Assembly (NCBI GenBank): GCA_905178155.1
Contig: CAJINV010000011.1
Location: 1,263,982 to 1,327,981 of the forward strand
Length of the DNA: 64,000 bases
Source: Amoebophrya sp. A120
Lineage: Eukaryota; Protista; Dinoflagellata
Direction: 5' to 3'
Made by a program: the position numbers and the translations under genes
Shown here: one piece after another, positions 25,448 through 40,100 of the stretch
Layout of the letters: every line of letters begins with the position of its first letter
How positions within the stretch are numbered: position 1 is the first letter of the stretch
Notes under the pieces: generated by a model
What the model was told of the DNA's origin: nothing
Databases searched by the model: none
The model's input: only the letters and a program-made list of their open reading frames with translations

Positions 25448-28400
25448 GTCCCAATCATTGCCTCCACACGCGACGGCGCTTTCACGCTACCGCAATTTGG
25501 TGCCGCAAGTAGCGAAGCATCTTCTCCCTCGCCTGACCGCGATCCGGGGAGAGCAGGCAACACGACGACAGCAGGGCACTCCAATCGAGACGGTCTGACA
25601 GCGTCGGCTTTAGGAGGTGCTCGTCGGCAAAATGATCATGACATCGCACGAAGCGCCGGTAGTACCGCAGGCGGTACTACGGGTTCTCCGTCTCATCAAC
25701 CTGCTTCACACGCTGGTGCCGCGGGTGGAACGCAGCCTTGTTCCGCACCTGCTCAACAGCATTTTCACCAACATTTTTCGCCACCAGTCGGAGCGCACCA
25801 CCACCAGAATATGAACCCGTTGCACCAGCAGCAGCAGCAGATGATGATGTGGCAACAGCAGCAGCAACAGATGATGATGTGGCAACAGCAGCAAATGATG
25901 ATGGCTGCGGGCGCTAGCATGTTCGCCCAGCACCTCCCCCAAATGGCCTCTGCTTTTTCCCATCCGCAGCAGATGCAAATGCAAATGATGTACGGTGGTG
26001 GGAGTACTACTAACCCAATGATGCAGCAGGGCATGCAAATGCAACACGTTATGCCAAGCGCACTTCACCGAGCAGGAGGTGGTCCTGGCCAGCAAGCAGT
26101 TGGGCATCAACCACCGACCAGCATTCTAAAACCAGGCACCGCTGCAGCTGAATCTAGTACAGGTAGAAGCAACGCACCAGATCCAATGCTCGTGGTGGGT
26201 CCGGGATTTGATCGTTTCCGGACAGAAGGAGCAACTGGTGCTTGCGCAGCAGGCGGACCTTTTGAACCAACGAACACTTCTGGAACTCCTGCAACATCAA
26301 ACCAGGCTGGCAACACCGGTGGTGCGGGTTCTTTGCAGCTCGGGAAATTTCCCCGCAGCCGGCGAAGAAGTTCGCTGGGCAGCGTGTCCGCAGCCTCCCG
26401 CCGGAGTTCCATCAATGGCGGTGCGTCCGAGTCCCTCGGCGCAGGGAGGCGGAATAGCATCGGAGGATCTGGCCTTAGTGGCGCAATCGGGCCTGGGTCT
26501 TTTGACGTGGAAGCGGTTTTGGGCGCTTTGACAAAAGGCGGCAGTTCTTCTGCAAGTGAGCAGAAGAGGGCGAAGGCCGCACGTTTTGGCGGGGGCAGAC
26601 AGGTGCCGGCGTCGCCGAACACCAGGCGCGGATCGACGTTGCGAGATGGAAATAGCAGTCGGGCTATGATGAAAATGGGCAAACGATCGTCTCTGTTCGG
26701 CGGCGGAGGAGACGACAATCTAGTAGAGCTTTCAAGCCCGGAGCAAGGTCTCCTACTTGCGGATGAGCAACAAGATTCGCTCCTGCCGCGCACACTTTCC
26801 AAGGACTCGATGCTTGAGGGAAACAACTACTACGAGCGCTATGTCGCGAAACAGGCTGCTCCGGTTGTGGAGAAGCAGACGGAGGCAGGCGCTAGAAGAG
26901 GTGGAAACAATAATTTGCGACAACTACCGCCTGGTGTGAGTGGTGGCGTTCTCCCGCCAGCAACTGCAACTGGTGGAACTTCGACCATGATGTTGGGCAA
27001 GAGTGGTGATCCATTTCACGCTGACTTGCCACTCCACCAGCCGCTCGCGTCCGTCGTGGTTTCCGCTGCTGAATTGAATGGGCAAATTGAAGAGGTTCGC
27101 CGGAAGGATGCGTTCACACCCCCAGCGATAGTGTCACAGCTCATCGCCCCGACCAAACGCAGCAGTTCCGCAGGGCCGAGAGGGGGTGCCGCAGATTGGG
27201 CTAGTGACGGGCTTGGGAGCAAGACGGGGAGTAAGGAGAAGATCACAGCGTCGTCTTCCCGAAGCAAGACTGGAAGCAAGGAGCACATCAAAAATCCTGC
27301 AGCCATTACTACTGGCGCTGCAAGACCGGCGACTGCTGGCGCAGCTGAGATGTTTGCCACGTCTGAAGGAAGTCGCTTTCGTCTACTCGAATTGCAGCAG
27401 AACCAGAAGCCGCGACCTGCATCTTCTTCGAATAGAGCCGCCGACGAATCTTCAAATGCTATTATCGGCACAACAGCCCTGGCAACAAGAGACCCGAGTC
27501 CGCCGCGTGCTTCCACGGCTCCGGGAGGCGTAACAGACGCAGACCAGCATACTTATCGCGGCCGAACGCCAGGTCGAGTCATTCGCGGAGCCGCCCCCAG
27601 GGCCGTGCCTTTTTCGGCTCGACGAGATGGAGATCATGTCAAAAATCTTCTTGAAGGCGAGAGCACTGTAGAAGATGCGGACCCGAACAATCGGTCGGAA
27701 CAAGGGCAAGACCCAAATACGCGGCCGGCTGCAGAGATCCTCGTCGCTACTCGACCTGCAACTAGTCCTGCAGGTGTTGGAGACCACGCTGATTCACCGA
27801 GGCGAGGTGAGCAGGTGAACAAGACAAACAAAAACATGTCTTCCACAACGCCGTCCTGGTTTTGCGGGGTGCTCCCGGATCAACCACCCCTTCCCACGTC
27901 TGCCATGAACTACAGCTCCGCCCGACCAGCGAAAGACAAAGAACCGGAACTACAACATGAGCTGCACCGGCCGCAGATAGCGACACTCGACAGCCGAGCG
28001 CGTTCTTGTTGGGGTGCTGCTAGCAATTGTGCAGAACAAGAACCGAGAGCGCAGTCATCACCTGTTACCGGACGCAGGGACCACAAGTCTTCCCACAATA
28101 AACGGAGTCAATCGCCGAACGAACTTGGTAAAAATCGCCGTGACATAGACTTCAACAATGCTCTCACAAGCGAGCAGAAGCAGCACGCGGAAAGGATCCG
28201 GGAAAAAAGAGAAATCCAAGCCCGCCCCTCCACCAGTCCAACGATCGCCCTGTACGGCACCGCGCTGCACGCGACGAAAATTGCGCAAGTTGCGACGGGA
28301 CCGTTTTCAACAAATGGTGAACGAACACCAGGGGCAGCTGCACGGCCGGCAACGCCCTCGGCGGCGACGGTTGGTACAGCAAGCCGCGGCCAGCAGAAGA

Positions 28401-31400
28401 CCGTCGACCGAACTCCGCTGGATGCAGACGGGAAAATAACTCTACGAGGCCTGCAAAGGCGAATGGCACAGGAAAGAAGTAGTCGTGTAGGTCGTGGTCG
28501 TGGACCAACTAGCAGCTCGTTGTGCCCGCCAGCCGTAGCTGCATCTCCGGGGAAGGAGCAGGCGAAGGTCGCTGAAGAGAGACCTGCAGGTATTGGAGAA
28601 AAGCTCAGAGCAGCTGGTGAAGAGGCCGCAGAGGTTCTTTCGCGAGATGAAAAAGACGCTGCTCCAAGTAGTATTAGAACTTGCGCGGGACTACGACACG
28701 ACGAGCCCGCGGCAGACGTCCAGCAAGTTCAAGCTGTTCCTGAAGTAGATCTGTCTGACGAACAGGAAGGTCTAGTAGTACAGAATCAAAAGTCCACTTC
28801 TTCAAAACCAAACCTCACCACCGGGCAGCTCAACGAGCGCTCGCTCTACGACAGCATGTTGGGCAAAGGCGTCGTAGGCCAGGACAAGGCCTTTGAAAAT
28901 ACTCTTCAAAACTACGTCTGGCCTACAACAGTACTGGGAGCAACTAGTGCCTCCGCGTCGGGGGCGAATATGATACAACATTGGGAAGCAGAGCAACATT
29001 TGGTGCATGTGCAGTCGGATCTGTTGCGCGGCTCCTGTGAGGATAATTTTTACTCAAATTCGGCGTCTGAAATTCAAATTTTCATGGAGCGAAATTTGGG
29101 TGGTCAGAGTCCTGATGACAGCGGTGTACAGCAGCAGTTCCGTGGTGAAGATGAACAGCTACAAAGCTGGAGGCAATGCTATCAACACGATCAGCAACAA
29201 CTTTTCCACGCCCAGCAAAGACAAATAGCCCACACAGGCTATCCGCCCACGACGCCCGGCGACAACTACACGACTGCTCCTACCGATACATCACAACACC
29301 ACCCACCGCATTGCGCGACCGTCGTGAATGGCGTCGTGGTCTACGTGGGAAACGCCGGGCCGCAGCTTTTTGCCAGTGTCAAGCCGTCGAGTTTGCACGT
29401 GGCTAGGATGAGAAATAAGTCACAACTTGCGATGAACAAGGAGAAGGTGGACAGCAGGGTCAAAGATGTTCGCGCTGCAGCTACTGCGAGGAGTGTGGAA
29501 CACGCACCTCTTGGCGCAGACGAAGAGGCTGCTTCTGCTGTTGTGACCACGGTTGCAGAAGTAGACTTGGTGACCGGACGAGAAAGAGAAGATGATGCTC
29601 ACAGAGAAGGTAACGACGAGCTATCTAGCAACATGCGGATTATGCTTAATGCCCTCATGAAATCTACTTCCCCTTCGAGGAGCTCTTGGATGCGACCACC
29701 GGCGAGAGGACACGTCGGTAGAGGCCTTGCAAAGAGGAGCGAAAACACCGATAACCAAAACCACCGGCGTTCTTGTTCCGACGGAAATAAAGCTGGTACA
29801 CCTCTCAAGGCAACAGACGCTGTTCTTGACTCGTCCCTGAAAGGCAATAAAGCCGGTGCAGCTTCAAATAACGTCGGCAGGACGGCACCAAGCAGCTCGT
29901 CGCGACCAACCACTCCCGGATCGCTTTTGGGAAGGCGGAGGCGGCTTCGAGTAGAAGGCGGGCGTCTCAGTCGAAGGTATTAGAATGCAAAGTCATCACG
30001 CAGAAATAGGGCCAGGTTTTTATTGATGTCACCGATGCGCCGTAGTTGTATGTACTAGATAGAACGAGCAATCAAAAATTTCGGGGAAAAATCGGCAGGA
30101 CAAACTACCGAAAGACAACATGCAACCTGCTCACGGGCAACACAGGTCAGCTGCCGCGAAAGATGTCATAGGCGAAGGTCAAGCGGAGGCCGGACTTGAT
30201 ATCCACGATCTGCGTTTGCACGACGAGCAGAATAGCGAGGAATTGCAAGAAGCGGACCAGCCGCCCAGATCAACTTACAGCGCAGACGGAGAAAGAACTA
30301 CGGATGGCGCTGCACAGGAAGGAACCTCTGGTGCTCTCACATCGGGGGGCACCACAGAAAATGCTCCGCTGCCTCATCCAGTCTGTAGTTCAAGTTCTTC
30401 AACTGCAACTGAGGCCGGGCGCCTGCAAGACGGCGGAGATTTCGCTCTGAACACGGACGAAATCGCATTCAAATCTGCAAAACCGAACAAATCAGTGCCG
30501 GCACGACCACCCGGCAAGAGGGCCCCTGAGGATGGATGGCACGGTCCTCATCCTGATAACTACACACATCACAGCCCGAACAAGAGCGACCGCCCTCCCG
30601 CTGCACCCCCCGCGACGCTTTTAACGACAGCGCATCCCTCCGACAACTCGCCGCTGTTTGCTCCGTCCACGCGCGCAGCAAGCGGCGCGGTGGTTTTCAA
30701 CGCCCCTGGCTGTAAGAAGAATCAACAGGCCGGCGCTAGTAAAAAAGCAGCGCTGCCCTGTGCCTCCTACGTGCTCCCATTCACGGAGAAAGAGAGTCTC
30801 AAGCAATCAAAGTCTTCCAAGCTGCAGCCGGGCAGTGCTAGTAATAGTGCAGGCAATACTAAAAATCATTCGTACACCAGTACTAGTGCATCGAAAATGA
30901 CGAGGTGTACGAATAAGGAAGACGACAAATCTGCTCCCGTTCTTGCAACTACCAGCACTGAAGACGCAGCTCCAGCAGCGGGCGTTTCTTCAAAACAAGC
31001 AGAAGCAAGCAAAAAAGACTCCTCCTCCAACTCCAAGCACTGGACGCCGTCGCATCGTCCACACTCTCGCGGACTACGATATGACAGGGCACAACTCCCC
31101 CGCCCCCTAAAGATTTAGCATGCAAAACTCCAAACCCAAGTGCTTTCCTGTGGCACTGTTTGCATGACAGATTCCGGAAGCCCAAACAGTACTACGCTAC
31201 GCGTATGAATTTGTCACGCACAGGCTCCACGTGTGCTGGTGTTTGTGTTGCTGTTCATGCAACACGAGTGAGGGGGAGGGGGGGTTGGGCCCTCTCATAT
31301 ATGACACTCGCGACGCAGGAGGCGAGACGAGGGTCCCGGCGAGAATGTGCCGGATTTTCGCGAATTTCTCGCCCAAAATTTTCAACACAGCGCTCACAAT

Positions 31401-32237
31401 GACAAAACAAGCGTCGCTTCTGTTCAACATCCGATATTTCAGTCTGGTTCTGGTAGCTCTGGCCCCTCTGCGAGCGCTAGTCGAGGAGGTAGTGCGGGAG
31501 CAGGGACGAGAGGCCTCCACGAAGATGACACAAACGACCTGCAGCAAGACGAGAAGAAGGGGCCAAACACGTATGGCAATTACCGAGATCGAGGCGGAGG
31601 CGGAGGCGAATGTGAACGGTGTAAAAATTATGGTGCTCCTCCTGATGGTTCTGCAGCCCCCAAGAAGACCACGAAGGCCGGACGGATCGACCCGCGAGGC
31701 GCCAACGATCTCTCCCTGCGTGTAATGTCCTTAACCAAGAAAGCCGCAACGAGAACGACGGCAACATCTTCAACCTCATACATCACCAACTGCAAAGCCA
31801 CTACGTCTTCTACTTCGGGAATGACGCAACTGAATCAAGCCCAGGAATTTCCTCCTTCCTGCAACGCTGGTGCACCTGTGCCTCCTAGTAGTTCATGTTC
31901 TGCTCCTCGTCCGTCAGGAAGTAGAGCCCCTAGCAGCGTCTGGACCGTAACCCCGCCGGGCTCGCGCGGCGGAAGTTCCCGCAGCGCAAGACGACCAGCG
32001 CCCCGCGCGGTTGATCTGAAAATAGCCGAGAGCTGTACAGCCGTATTGGGGGCCGCGGGTGAGGACTCCGGGACGACCACGAATAGTAGTTCATCTACGG
32101 GACGAGCAGGTGCAGGCGGAAGTGCTAGCGCAAAGCAGGTTGATAGGCGGAACCGAGCAGGTGGCACCAGTGGCGTCGCCGACGGTGGTGCCTCGTGTGC
32201 TCTAATCGAGAGCGCTGTTTTGCGAACAGGCGTGTAA
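25448..32237 (+). CDS. Very large low-complexity hypothetical protein (polyQ/M tract near the N-terminus); multi-exon, 5' end upstream and unresolved
   Basis: The frame of the 1390-aa ORF is open from an AG acceptor at 25446-25447; a probable upstream exon ends at 25255 (gtaagt donor). There is an intron ending at AG 30098 with an uncertain donor. Further exons about 30099-31079 and 31305-32237 join across the introner at 31080. Confidence 0.6.
25826..25903 (+). repeat. Coding tandem repeat (cag)n(atg)3tgg encoding QQQQQMMMW-like units, about 3 copies
   Basis: Seen directly in the sequence and the ORF translation. Confidence 0.8.
31080..31299. mobile_element. Introner family B
   Basis: TIR tatgacagggcacaactcccccgccccct / agggggagggggggttgggccctctcata. 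TSD tacga/tatga. Removal gives GLR|HSRRR. Confidence 0.88.
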
Positions 32238-33245
32238 AAAGATGAAGGAATGCCATACTTATGCAGGCGATCCACTTCTGACTTGCCCGACCTGGGGCAT
32301 CAAAGTCGTCGTGCCGTAATGAGATTGCTATGGCTACTACATGCATTCACGCAATTGCAGCAGTTGCCACTACACCCGAACAACTATTGAACTTAGTGAT
32401 TTCACATCCATATGCGTATGTAAGATAGCTCGATTTGTTGACATAATCATAAATCAAATTGTTGAGCCAAGTATAATCTTCAAGTTTCCGCATGTATCTG
32501 CAGTTGTAACGTACGAGCATTATGTATCAACCTTTTAGTGATCAAACGGTTCATCACCTACTACAGTCGAGTTTCATATAACTTTAACTGCGCGGCCGTC
32601 TACGTCGTAGCAGAATCTTCCCAGCCGCAGGACCATCATGTAGTGAGCGTCCAGTCGTCCTCGCACATGCACATACGTGAGTCACGAACCGATTTTATGC
32701 AGCATTTAGTTTCGGAACTTCAACTTCTTGTTCCTCACGTTGAGTACCTGAAGTAGACGAGAAGCAGAACGCAAGAAAAAGCGTATAACATGACATTAGC
32801 CTGATCCTGCCTGCGAGCGATGTTCAATAATCGTCCTTCGATTCGTAATTCATCTAGAATTTTATCTGCGAGTGAGATTCAGGTGTGAAGTGAGTAGTCA
32901 TTTGCATCAACTTGAAAAGTGAAAGCTATGCGAGGGGATCGTGATGAAGATGGTGATAGAGGTGCAGGTAGTGGAGTGAAGGTATATATCATAATTATCG
33001 CGAAAGGTTGACAAGACCAAGAGCGTCGTACCAACTCCGGCGCGGCGGTGTTGCGACATTCCAACCATCTCGTTGTGATGAAGATCCTCAGAAAAAGATT
33101 AAAAACATCATCTAGCACTTTTTCGCTTACATGTGTCCGTTTTCGGACCGAGACAAGGACGACGAGCCAGTCCGGTAGAACTAGAAAAACGAAAATCTTA
33201 GTGCAGCCGAAAAATCTAGCTTCATCGGATCGAAAACAAAACAAG

Positions 33246-34504
33246 ATGCTCTACCGGTTGGTGAACTGCGACGAGCTGGAGTCGTTTTCGTGTGTGGCCA
33301 AGGTCAACGTCAAAGAGGATGACACGCACGAGTTGGATTTTGTAGAAATTGTACCCGATAGCACGGATCCGCACCATTTCGAGGAGACAGTTGAATGGAA
33401 CGAGGAGGCGTTCGCAGAACTGACAAGAGGTAGAGGACTAAATACATGCGGTTTCTTGATCGTAGCATAAAACTCCATTGAGTTTCGTTAACAAATAAAC
33501 TAACGGGAGTTTCTCATTTTTCAACATTCGCCTGAAACAAGAAACACTTCGTCTTCTCTCGTCCAGGTATTCGCAAAGCGGTGAACAAGGAATTCGAAGA
33601 CGGCGCGGTTCCCAAGGACCTCACTCTCGGGGACTCGCTGACCAAGGTGCGGCGCATCTGGAAGGGCGCTCGCGACGGCGTCCCGCTTTACTACGGCGCC
33701 GAGCGGTGCGCGGCGCCGCTGTTGCGCGTAGGCCGCGTGACGTCGACCTCGGCGGAGGTGAAGTTTCACATCGTGGGCACGCCGGAAGTCGACCCACACG
33801 TGGAACGGTTCGTCATGGAGGTATGTCTGATTTTTCACAGCAATTTACGGTGTGGCGTCCTTGGGCATTCATGCTTTTGCTTCGTGCTCATGCACCAGGA
33901 GCTGAGGTTTCGTAGACGACTTCACTTTTCCTTTTTGCAACTGAGTACCGCGGACGCTCCACAAAGCGACCGCGATTTCAGTTCAGGATCCATAACATGT
34001 TTATTCCAGGTCTACGCCTACGATTTTAGCGAGACCGACCCTCAACTAGACGAACCCGAGCCGAGCGCCGTTCCCCCAAAGCCCGGCTTTGTCGACTGGG
34101 AATTCGGAATCTCCTCGACAAAAAGGCGCTCTGCCGCCTCGCCGTCTGCCAAAACGAACAAAACGAGAACGGGTTCAAGTAATAGCGCTTCAACGTCATC
34201 TTCTACATCCGGAATAAATCATCGAGGCACGACTAATATCAGGTCTCCGCAGACCGGCAACAGCAAAAAAGGCGAGATGTCAACAAATCCCTTCTCCCTG
34301 CTCGCCAAGGATCCGCGTTTACGTAAGCAACTGGTGTTCGAAACCGAGGAGATAAAGGGGACGGACCGCAGCTTCGTGCTAACGGACTTGAGGCCGAGCC
34401 GCGTCCATTTCGCGCGGGTCCGGGGCAGGACGAAGCGCTGGGAAACCGAGTGGTCGGAAGAAATCAAATTGACCACACTGGTTGCGAAGGATCTGGTGTT
34501 TTAG
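33246..34504 (+). CDS. Fibronectin type III-like domain protein, 3 exons
   Basis: Exons 33246-33429, 33567-33820, 34010-34504 with in-frame GT-AG introns. The C-terminal FVLTDLRPSRVHFARVRGRTKRWETEWSE resembles FN3 strands E-G. Confidence 0.7.
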
Positions 34505-35494
34505 GAAAAATCGCGAAAGTGGGGGAGAAGATGAAACCCAAACCCCACCAGGACCTGATGAAGCAGACCCGCACGACAGGCCAGGACCAACGGCGCAGCG
34601 GGGGCAAACACGTAAAAAGTACACCAGAAGCTGGGCTCCGGTTCTTCGCGGCTTTCCTTTCTGTAATGTTGTACATGTAAAGTAACTACTCTACAGTTTT
34701 CACTTTTGTTTCAGTTTCTATTGAAAAGTTACTTCATACCCACCAAATGAACTAGAAGTACACCTTCAAGGTGAGGAAGGGCCATCGCTCCAATTGTGTG
34801 GCACGCGTGCGGCAGTGCCTCACTTTACAACTATGAGCTTCATCTGAGCATCCTCTATGAGCACTTCTTTACGAGAAACAGAGAAAGTTCAAGTTGAAAG
34901 ATCTTTCATTATTCGTTCAAACGTATGATCTCAATCTCTCCGTGTCCGTTGTTACTGCTCGAAATGAACTCTAGGTTGATGAACCTGACGAATCATGTAT
35001 CGAAACAAGAAAAAGGGAAAGAACAAGAAATCAAACTACCTCAAATATTGAATGGCAATCCGCGCGGACGACGTCTGCGTCAGCTGTCCATAGAAGGAAC
35101 CTCGAACCAGATGGGAAGAACGATTCAATATCGGTTGTAGTGTGGTGTCAAATGAATTGTCCAAAGGGATCAAGAAGACATCCTCTGATCGGCATGAAAA
35201 AAGATTATGCCCCAGGTCCATGATCGACTCTTGCTCATGCTCTTCAAGAAAAGCAATCTAGCAATACGAGGACCAGGCGACGCACTGGAGCTTGTGTGGT
35301 TCCTACTTCATCTTGCGCGTCCTGGTCACAGTCTGAATACGATCCGGGTCATCAACTACGCTACAGAGCACGACAGAGTAACTAAATACAGATCTGAAAT
35401 TTAGCAGGATCATTTTTCCACATGCCACAACAATACATGCACGAGACGCTCGGTTCTCTTTTTTCTGCCTTGAAGGATGGAAATGTTCTTCAGA

Positions 35495-36750
35495 TGACGT
35501 AATGGTAATAAGGAATGGAATCAAGTTAAGGTCATGGAATCAAGTTAACTGGAATCAAGTTAAACCTGGAATCAGGTTATATGGAATCAAGTTACTCTCT
35601 GGAATCAAGGTGAATGGAATCAAGTGAACCAGCAGAACTTCATCAACGCGGCCACGTTTATCAAAAACATGTCTGGCTTTTCTTCCTCTGGTCGATAGAG
35701 ACGTGGCGAATAGTGTAAGAGCTAAGCGTCGCGCCGCGCCCGTCTTGTTTTACGGCATCCTTTCGAAAGTTGTCGGGGCTTTCGCCTTCCGAAGTTCCCG
35801 GGATTCCATTTGTGTCTCCTGCCTTCGGAAGGTGTGTGTCTCTGGGGATTCCGTCTTCATTTCGCCTTCCCTCGGAAGATTCATCCGCCCCTCTCGGAGT
35901 TCCATGCTCGTTTCGCCTCCTCTCGGGAGACACATCGCTTTCGGGATTCTGTTTCCACTTCGCCTCCCTGGGGATGCGGATGGTGTCTGTCAGTCTCGGG
36001 GGATTCCGTTTCGCCTTCCTGCGGTCCCAGGGGACTCCATTTCGCCCTCCTGCGGAAGGTGTCTCGGGGGCCTCCATTTCGCCTTCCTTGTCCTTCGGCA
36101 GGTCTCTCCGGGGATTCTATTTCGCCTCTTTCGGAATGTATCTTTGGGGATCGATTGGCACGGATCTCCTCTCTGGGAGTTCCGTCTTGTCTTCCCGATG
36201 TCCGGCAACATCCACGCCGGGCCCGGGGGCCCGGAACATGTATGGCCCGTCGGAAGGCGGGCCAGCCTTCGGTGAAGGTAGGCGGGTGGGCCCGAAGCGT
36301 GGAACTTTCCCTTCTGGGGCACCCGGGCTTTTGTCTTCCGTGAAGCCAGGAATTGAATTCCGCTCGCTGGTACCGGCAGGGCTAAGCACTTACAATTTTT
36401 TTCGCTTCGGGGGAGCAGATGCGTGCCGCCCCGGGGGGATCTATGAGAGCTTTCCGCGCCGTGCATGCATCTATGAGAGCTTTCACCACGCGCGTGCATG
36501 GTGAATAACGTTTGGCAGTGGAGATAACGGGACCCGCGCAGTGCTTCTGGCGGAAACGGGAAACCGGACACGCAAGGCGATTTCACGTAACGGGATTCCC
36601 GGGATCAACTTGATTCCACGCAACGGGATCCCAGGACCCAACTTGATTCCAGTCAACTTGATTCCAGGATCCAACTTGATTCCATTTAACTTGCTTCCAG
36701 TGACCAACCTGATTCCAACCATTTGACCAACTTGATTCCTTGGACGTCCA
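35495..36750. mobile_element. Foldback-like non-autonomous element with inverted arrays of a ggaatcaagt unit
   Basis: About 7 ggaatcaag(t)-type units at about 35517-35625 mirrored by acttgattcc units at about 36600-36740. The interior holds degenerate tandem repeats (gggattcc-tttcgcctt-cggaagg) at about 35770-36200. Boundaries are approximate. Confidence 0.7.
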
Positions 36751-37132
36751 TAAATAAACACGCTCGGTTCAAATCTTTTTCCCGTGATGGAACTTCTTGT
36801 CATGATGAATAAAACTCGCAAAAAATAATGATAAAACATCAGTCAACTTCACTCTAGTCGAACGTCGGCTGGTTTTGTTCTTCTACAACTTTTTGCCACC
36901 TGTAAAATCGGTTTCATCTTCTCAAAACCATCAAATCATTATTATTGTCGCGACAAGCATCCTTACGCAAGTACAAATTTTCATTTTGATGTAGCTTCGG
37001 CCGCTTCTGTGCGACAACAGAAATAACCGAAACAGACTCAAGAACAAGGAAATTTCGTAAAGTCAAATTTTGACAGCCTATATAAAACTGCTGCATTTTT
37101 CAAACAAATAAATCAACTACAAGATCTTCAAG

Positions 37133-40100
37133 ATGGCTTCGCGTCGCTCTTGGCTCTCGAAGATCGGTGCAGTGCTGGCTTTGCAGCAGCTAGCGCAAAT
37201 CGCAGTCGTCATGCCCACTGGTGTAGCCGGACGCCTTGCCATGGAATCTCGTCCGGGCCGCGGCGGTGCAGCTCCTGCGTTTGGACGGAAGGGGAAAGGG
37301 AAGGGAAAAGGTGGGAAAAACAACGGGAAAGGGAAAAACGAAGCGAAATGGACGTGGAAACCTAAAGCAGAACAACCAGTGCTCCTGCCGATCCCGGCGG
37401 CGCGTGGTGGTCACCAGACGGGACACCTTCTGGCCGCAAGGGGGACTGGACAGCGCCGTCCTCGTGCGCAGCGCGGGCACACGACCGTCTTTGCTAAGAA
37501 AGATTTTGAGAGCTTGACCCCGGAGGGCCAGGATTCCCTGATGCGCCGCGTTCACACGCTGGTTCTGGCGACCACAAAAGACGCCGTCAAGCGGGCGAAG
37601 AGCTTTTTTGATCCCGCGAATGCGAATTACTACAGGAAGAACGCGGAGTATACCAGTGCTAAACCCTCTGAAAAACTGCGGTTTCACATTGCCGAAGAGA
37701 TCGTTGGGAGGAATGAGATCGGCGATTTGAAATTTTCTGGCGCCCTGGTGAACGTCGTTCCAATACGCATTTTTGCAGAAATAGTATGTGTCGCGCTAGT
37801 ATGTACTATTGCGAAATCGGCACAAACAATGGCAGCAGTAGAGTACATGTACATCACTACACTTTGTTGAGCAAGTCACAAATAAGCGAGTTTGGGATTT
37901 GAATTTTGTGCATTGATCATTATTGTGCTGCATCAGGATATCGATATGTTGAGAAAGTTTGTCAACAGCAACAATGCGGCTGTAATGCTCTGTGGCATTA
38001 GAAGGTAGAAGCGCGAGCTCGTCGAGGTCGACTTGCGCGACGCATTCATTAATATTTGCGTCGGATACCCCAAAGACATTGCAGCCACGCCGAAGACACT
38101 GCCAACGTATAAAGGCCCCGAGCATGAGAATCGGAAACTCGAGGCGAGGCGTCTGTGGGCACCTACTTCCACCGCGTTCGCGATGATGACAGACATCTGG
38201 ACGCCCTCGCGGCGAGTGGAATTTCTGGATGAGCGGACGAATCAGCCGAAATACCCGGCTAGTTTTCTGAAGTTGCTGACAACTACGGACTGGTACATGC
38301 ATCAGCTGGAGAAGCAGGAACGAGGAGGAGAGCAGGAGCAAGCATCTCCTGCATCAGGAGCAGTCATCAGGAACCCCTTGACCACCGCGGCCACACGAGG
38401 GAGTTCCACGGGCTTTAATCCGCCGTCGCGGGGACGCAGCTATGCCAGAGGTAGTACTTCTAGCAGGAGCCCGTCTCGCTCTGTTGATCGCACGCGCCCG
38501 GGTAGTTCTAGACGCAGTCCTAGCCGCTCAGGTCGTTCTACAACTCCCACCATTCGTGGAGGAGCCCAACAAGCTGCGACTGGTCGTGGTTTCGACTTTG
38601 AAACCGATGTCCGCGGCATTGCGTTTGGCGCGACCTGTGACACGATGTATGTGGCAGAGAACGAATCGTTGCAGGATGTGCACATGTATCAACTGCAAAA
38701 ATGTCTGGGTCTGGAAACTTGTAATGCTGCGCTGGGAATAGTGAATGCTCTGTAACGCAAAGGCAAGCATGAGAAATATCTGCGCTTCTTTGTGTTGCGT
38801 TTTTCGCATCACAAACTGCGTTTTTGCATGACAGGCAAAAGGGTCTCTTCTTGGACACGCATCACAAACTTTTTGGTCATGCAAGACAAGCATGACAATG
38901 ACAAACGCAAACCTCAAAATCTTCCAGACCCAGACATTTTTGCATTTGATACGGATGACCTTCTGGCATTTTGCCACATAATAAGCGGCCGACCGGCGCG
39001 GGAGTCCGGGCGGGTAGTGCTCCATCGCGCCGTTCCAACCGTGCGCTTCCGCGACTAAATCTCCCTCGCAAAATTCCCGCAGCATCGCGCCGAATTTGAC
39101 GTAGACCGTGTTGCCCATCAATAATTTTCGCCCCTCGGGAAGCTCGGAGTGGAACAGTGGATCCGTCGTGAACACCTCTTTCTCCGACTTCTGCGCGGCT
39201 GGCTCGTGGTCAACTAGTTTGTTGCGCATAAAGGGCGGCAGTCCCTGGTGGTACGATTTTTGTGGGATCGACGCTAGTTCGTAGCCATGCGTCCTGAGCA
39301 TTCGGGTCCAGTACCCCTCCAGCAGTTCCACGTTCTTGTGGCAGCTGAGTGTGTTTTCGTCGGCGTCGCCTTCTGTGCCATAGTTTTCGTTCGGCTCGCC
39401 CGTGTACAAGTCTTCCTGAAACATCACCGAGACAATCGACATGGGATTCTGTTCCAAAAAATCGTCCATCTCACGCAGCTTTTTCTGCAACACGGCCGCG
39501 GCAAATACGGGCTGCACATTGTAGGTTTTTTCTTCGTCCACAACTTCCCTTGTGTCGGTTTCGATGTTCCAGTGCTCTACCTTTTCCCCGGTGGCTACTG
39601 TTACCTTGGGCATGTTGACCATCGGCGCAACGCCAAACCCGAGCGTATTCCACTGCAAAGTCTTTTTCTTGATGTTGATGTAGTTTTGCTTCAAGAAGTT
39701 GACGGCATTTTTGAACCAGCGACGTCTGATTTCTGGCGCAGAAGCAGCTGTCGAAACCGCGAGGCCGGCCATGCCGGCAGTTAATACCTCGGGCACGGAC
39801 AACTCGGTCGGTCCTGGAGCATCAACATCAAGCTCCTGCTGCATCTTTGCAACGAATCTCTCCAGCAGGTCTTTGTTCTGTTTCATGTCGACTCTAATAG
39901 TGGCCGTCAATTCCAGTGGCAAGTGGTCGCTGGCCAACCAGGGACGGAGGATGTACGGGAAGGGCAACCCCAAGACCGCCTTGTCGTCCGCATGCATCAT
40001 GGCTTTCAGCACTCCCTTATCAGCGTGCACAACTCCCCTCCCCTCGTCCCCTTCATTTGTCTTCACACAAAATACCAAATCCAGGCGGTGCCTCTACTTG

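Noticed and set aside
35517-35625. CRISPR-like repeat-spacer pattern of ggaatcaagt
   Set aside because: The units are only about 10 bp with very short spacers, are mirrored at 36600-36740, sit in a eukaryotic context and have no cas genes.
38528-40078. 516-aa minus-strand ORF as an independent antisense gene
   Set aside because: Both of its ends are introner sequence, and its core is the missing middle of the flanking + strand gene.
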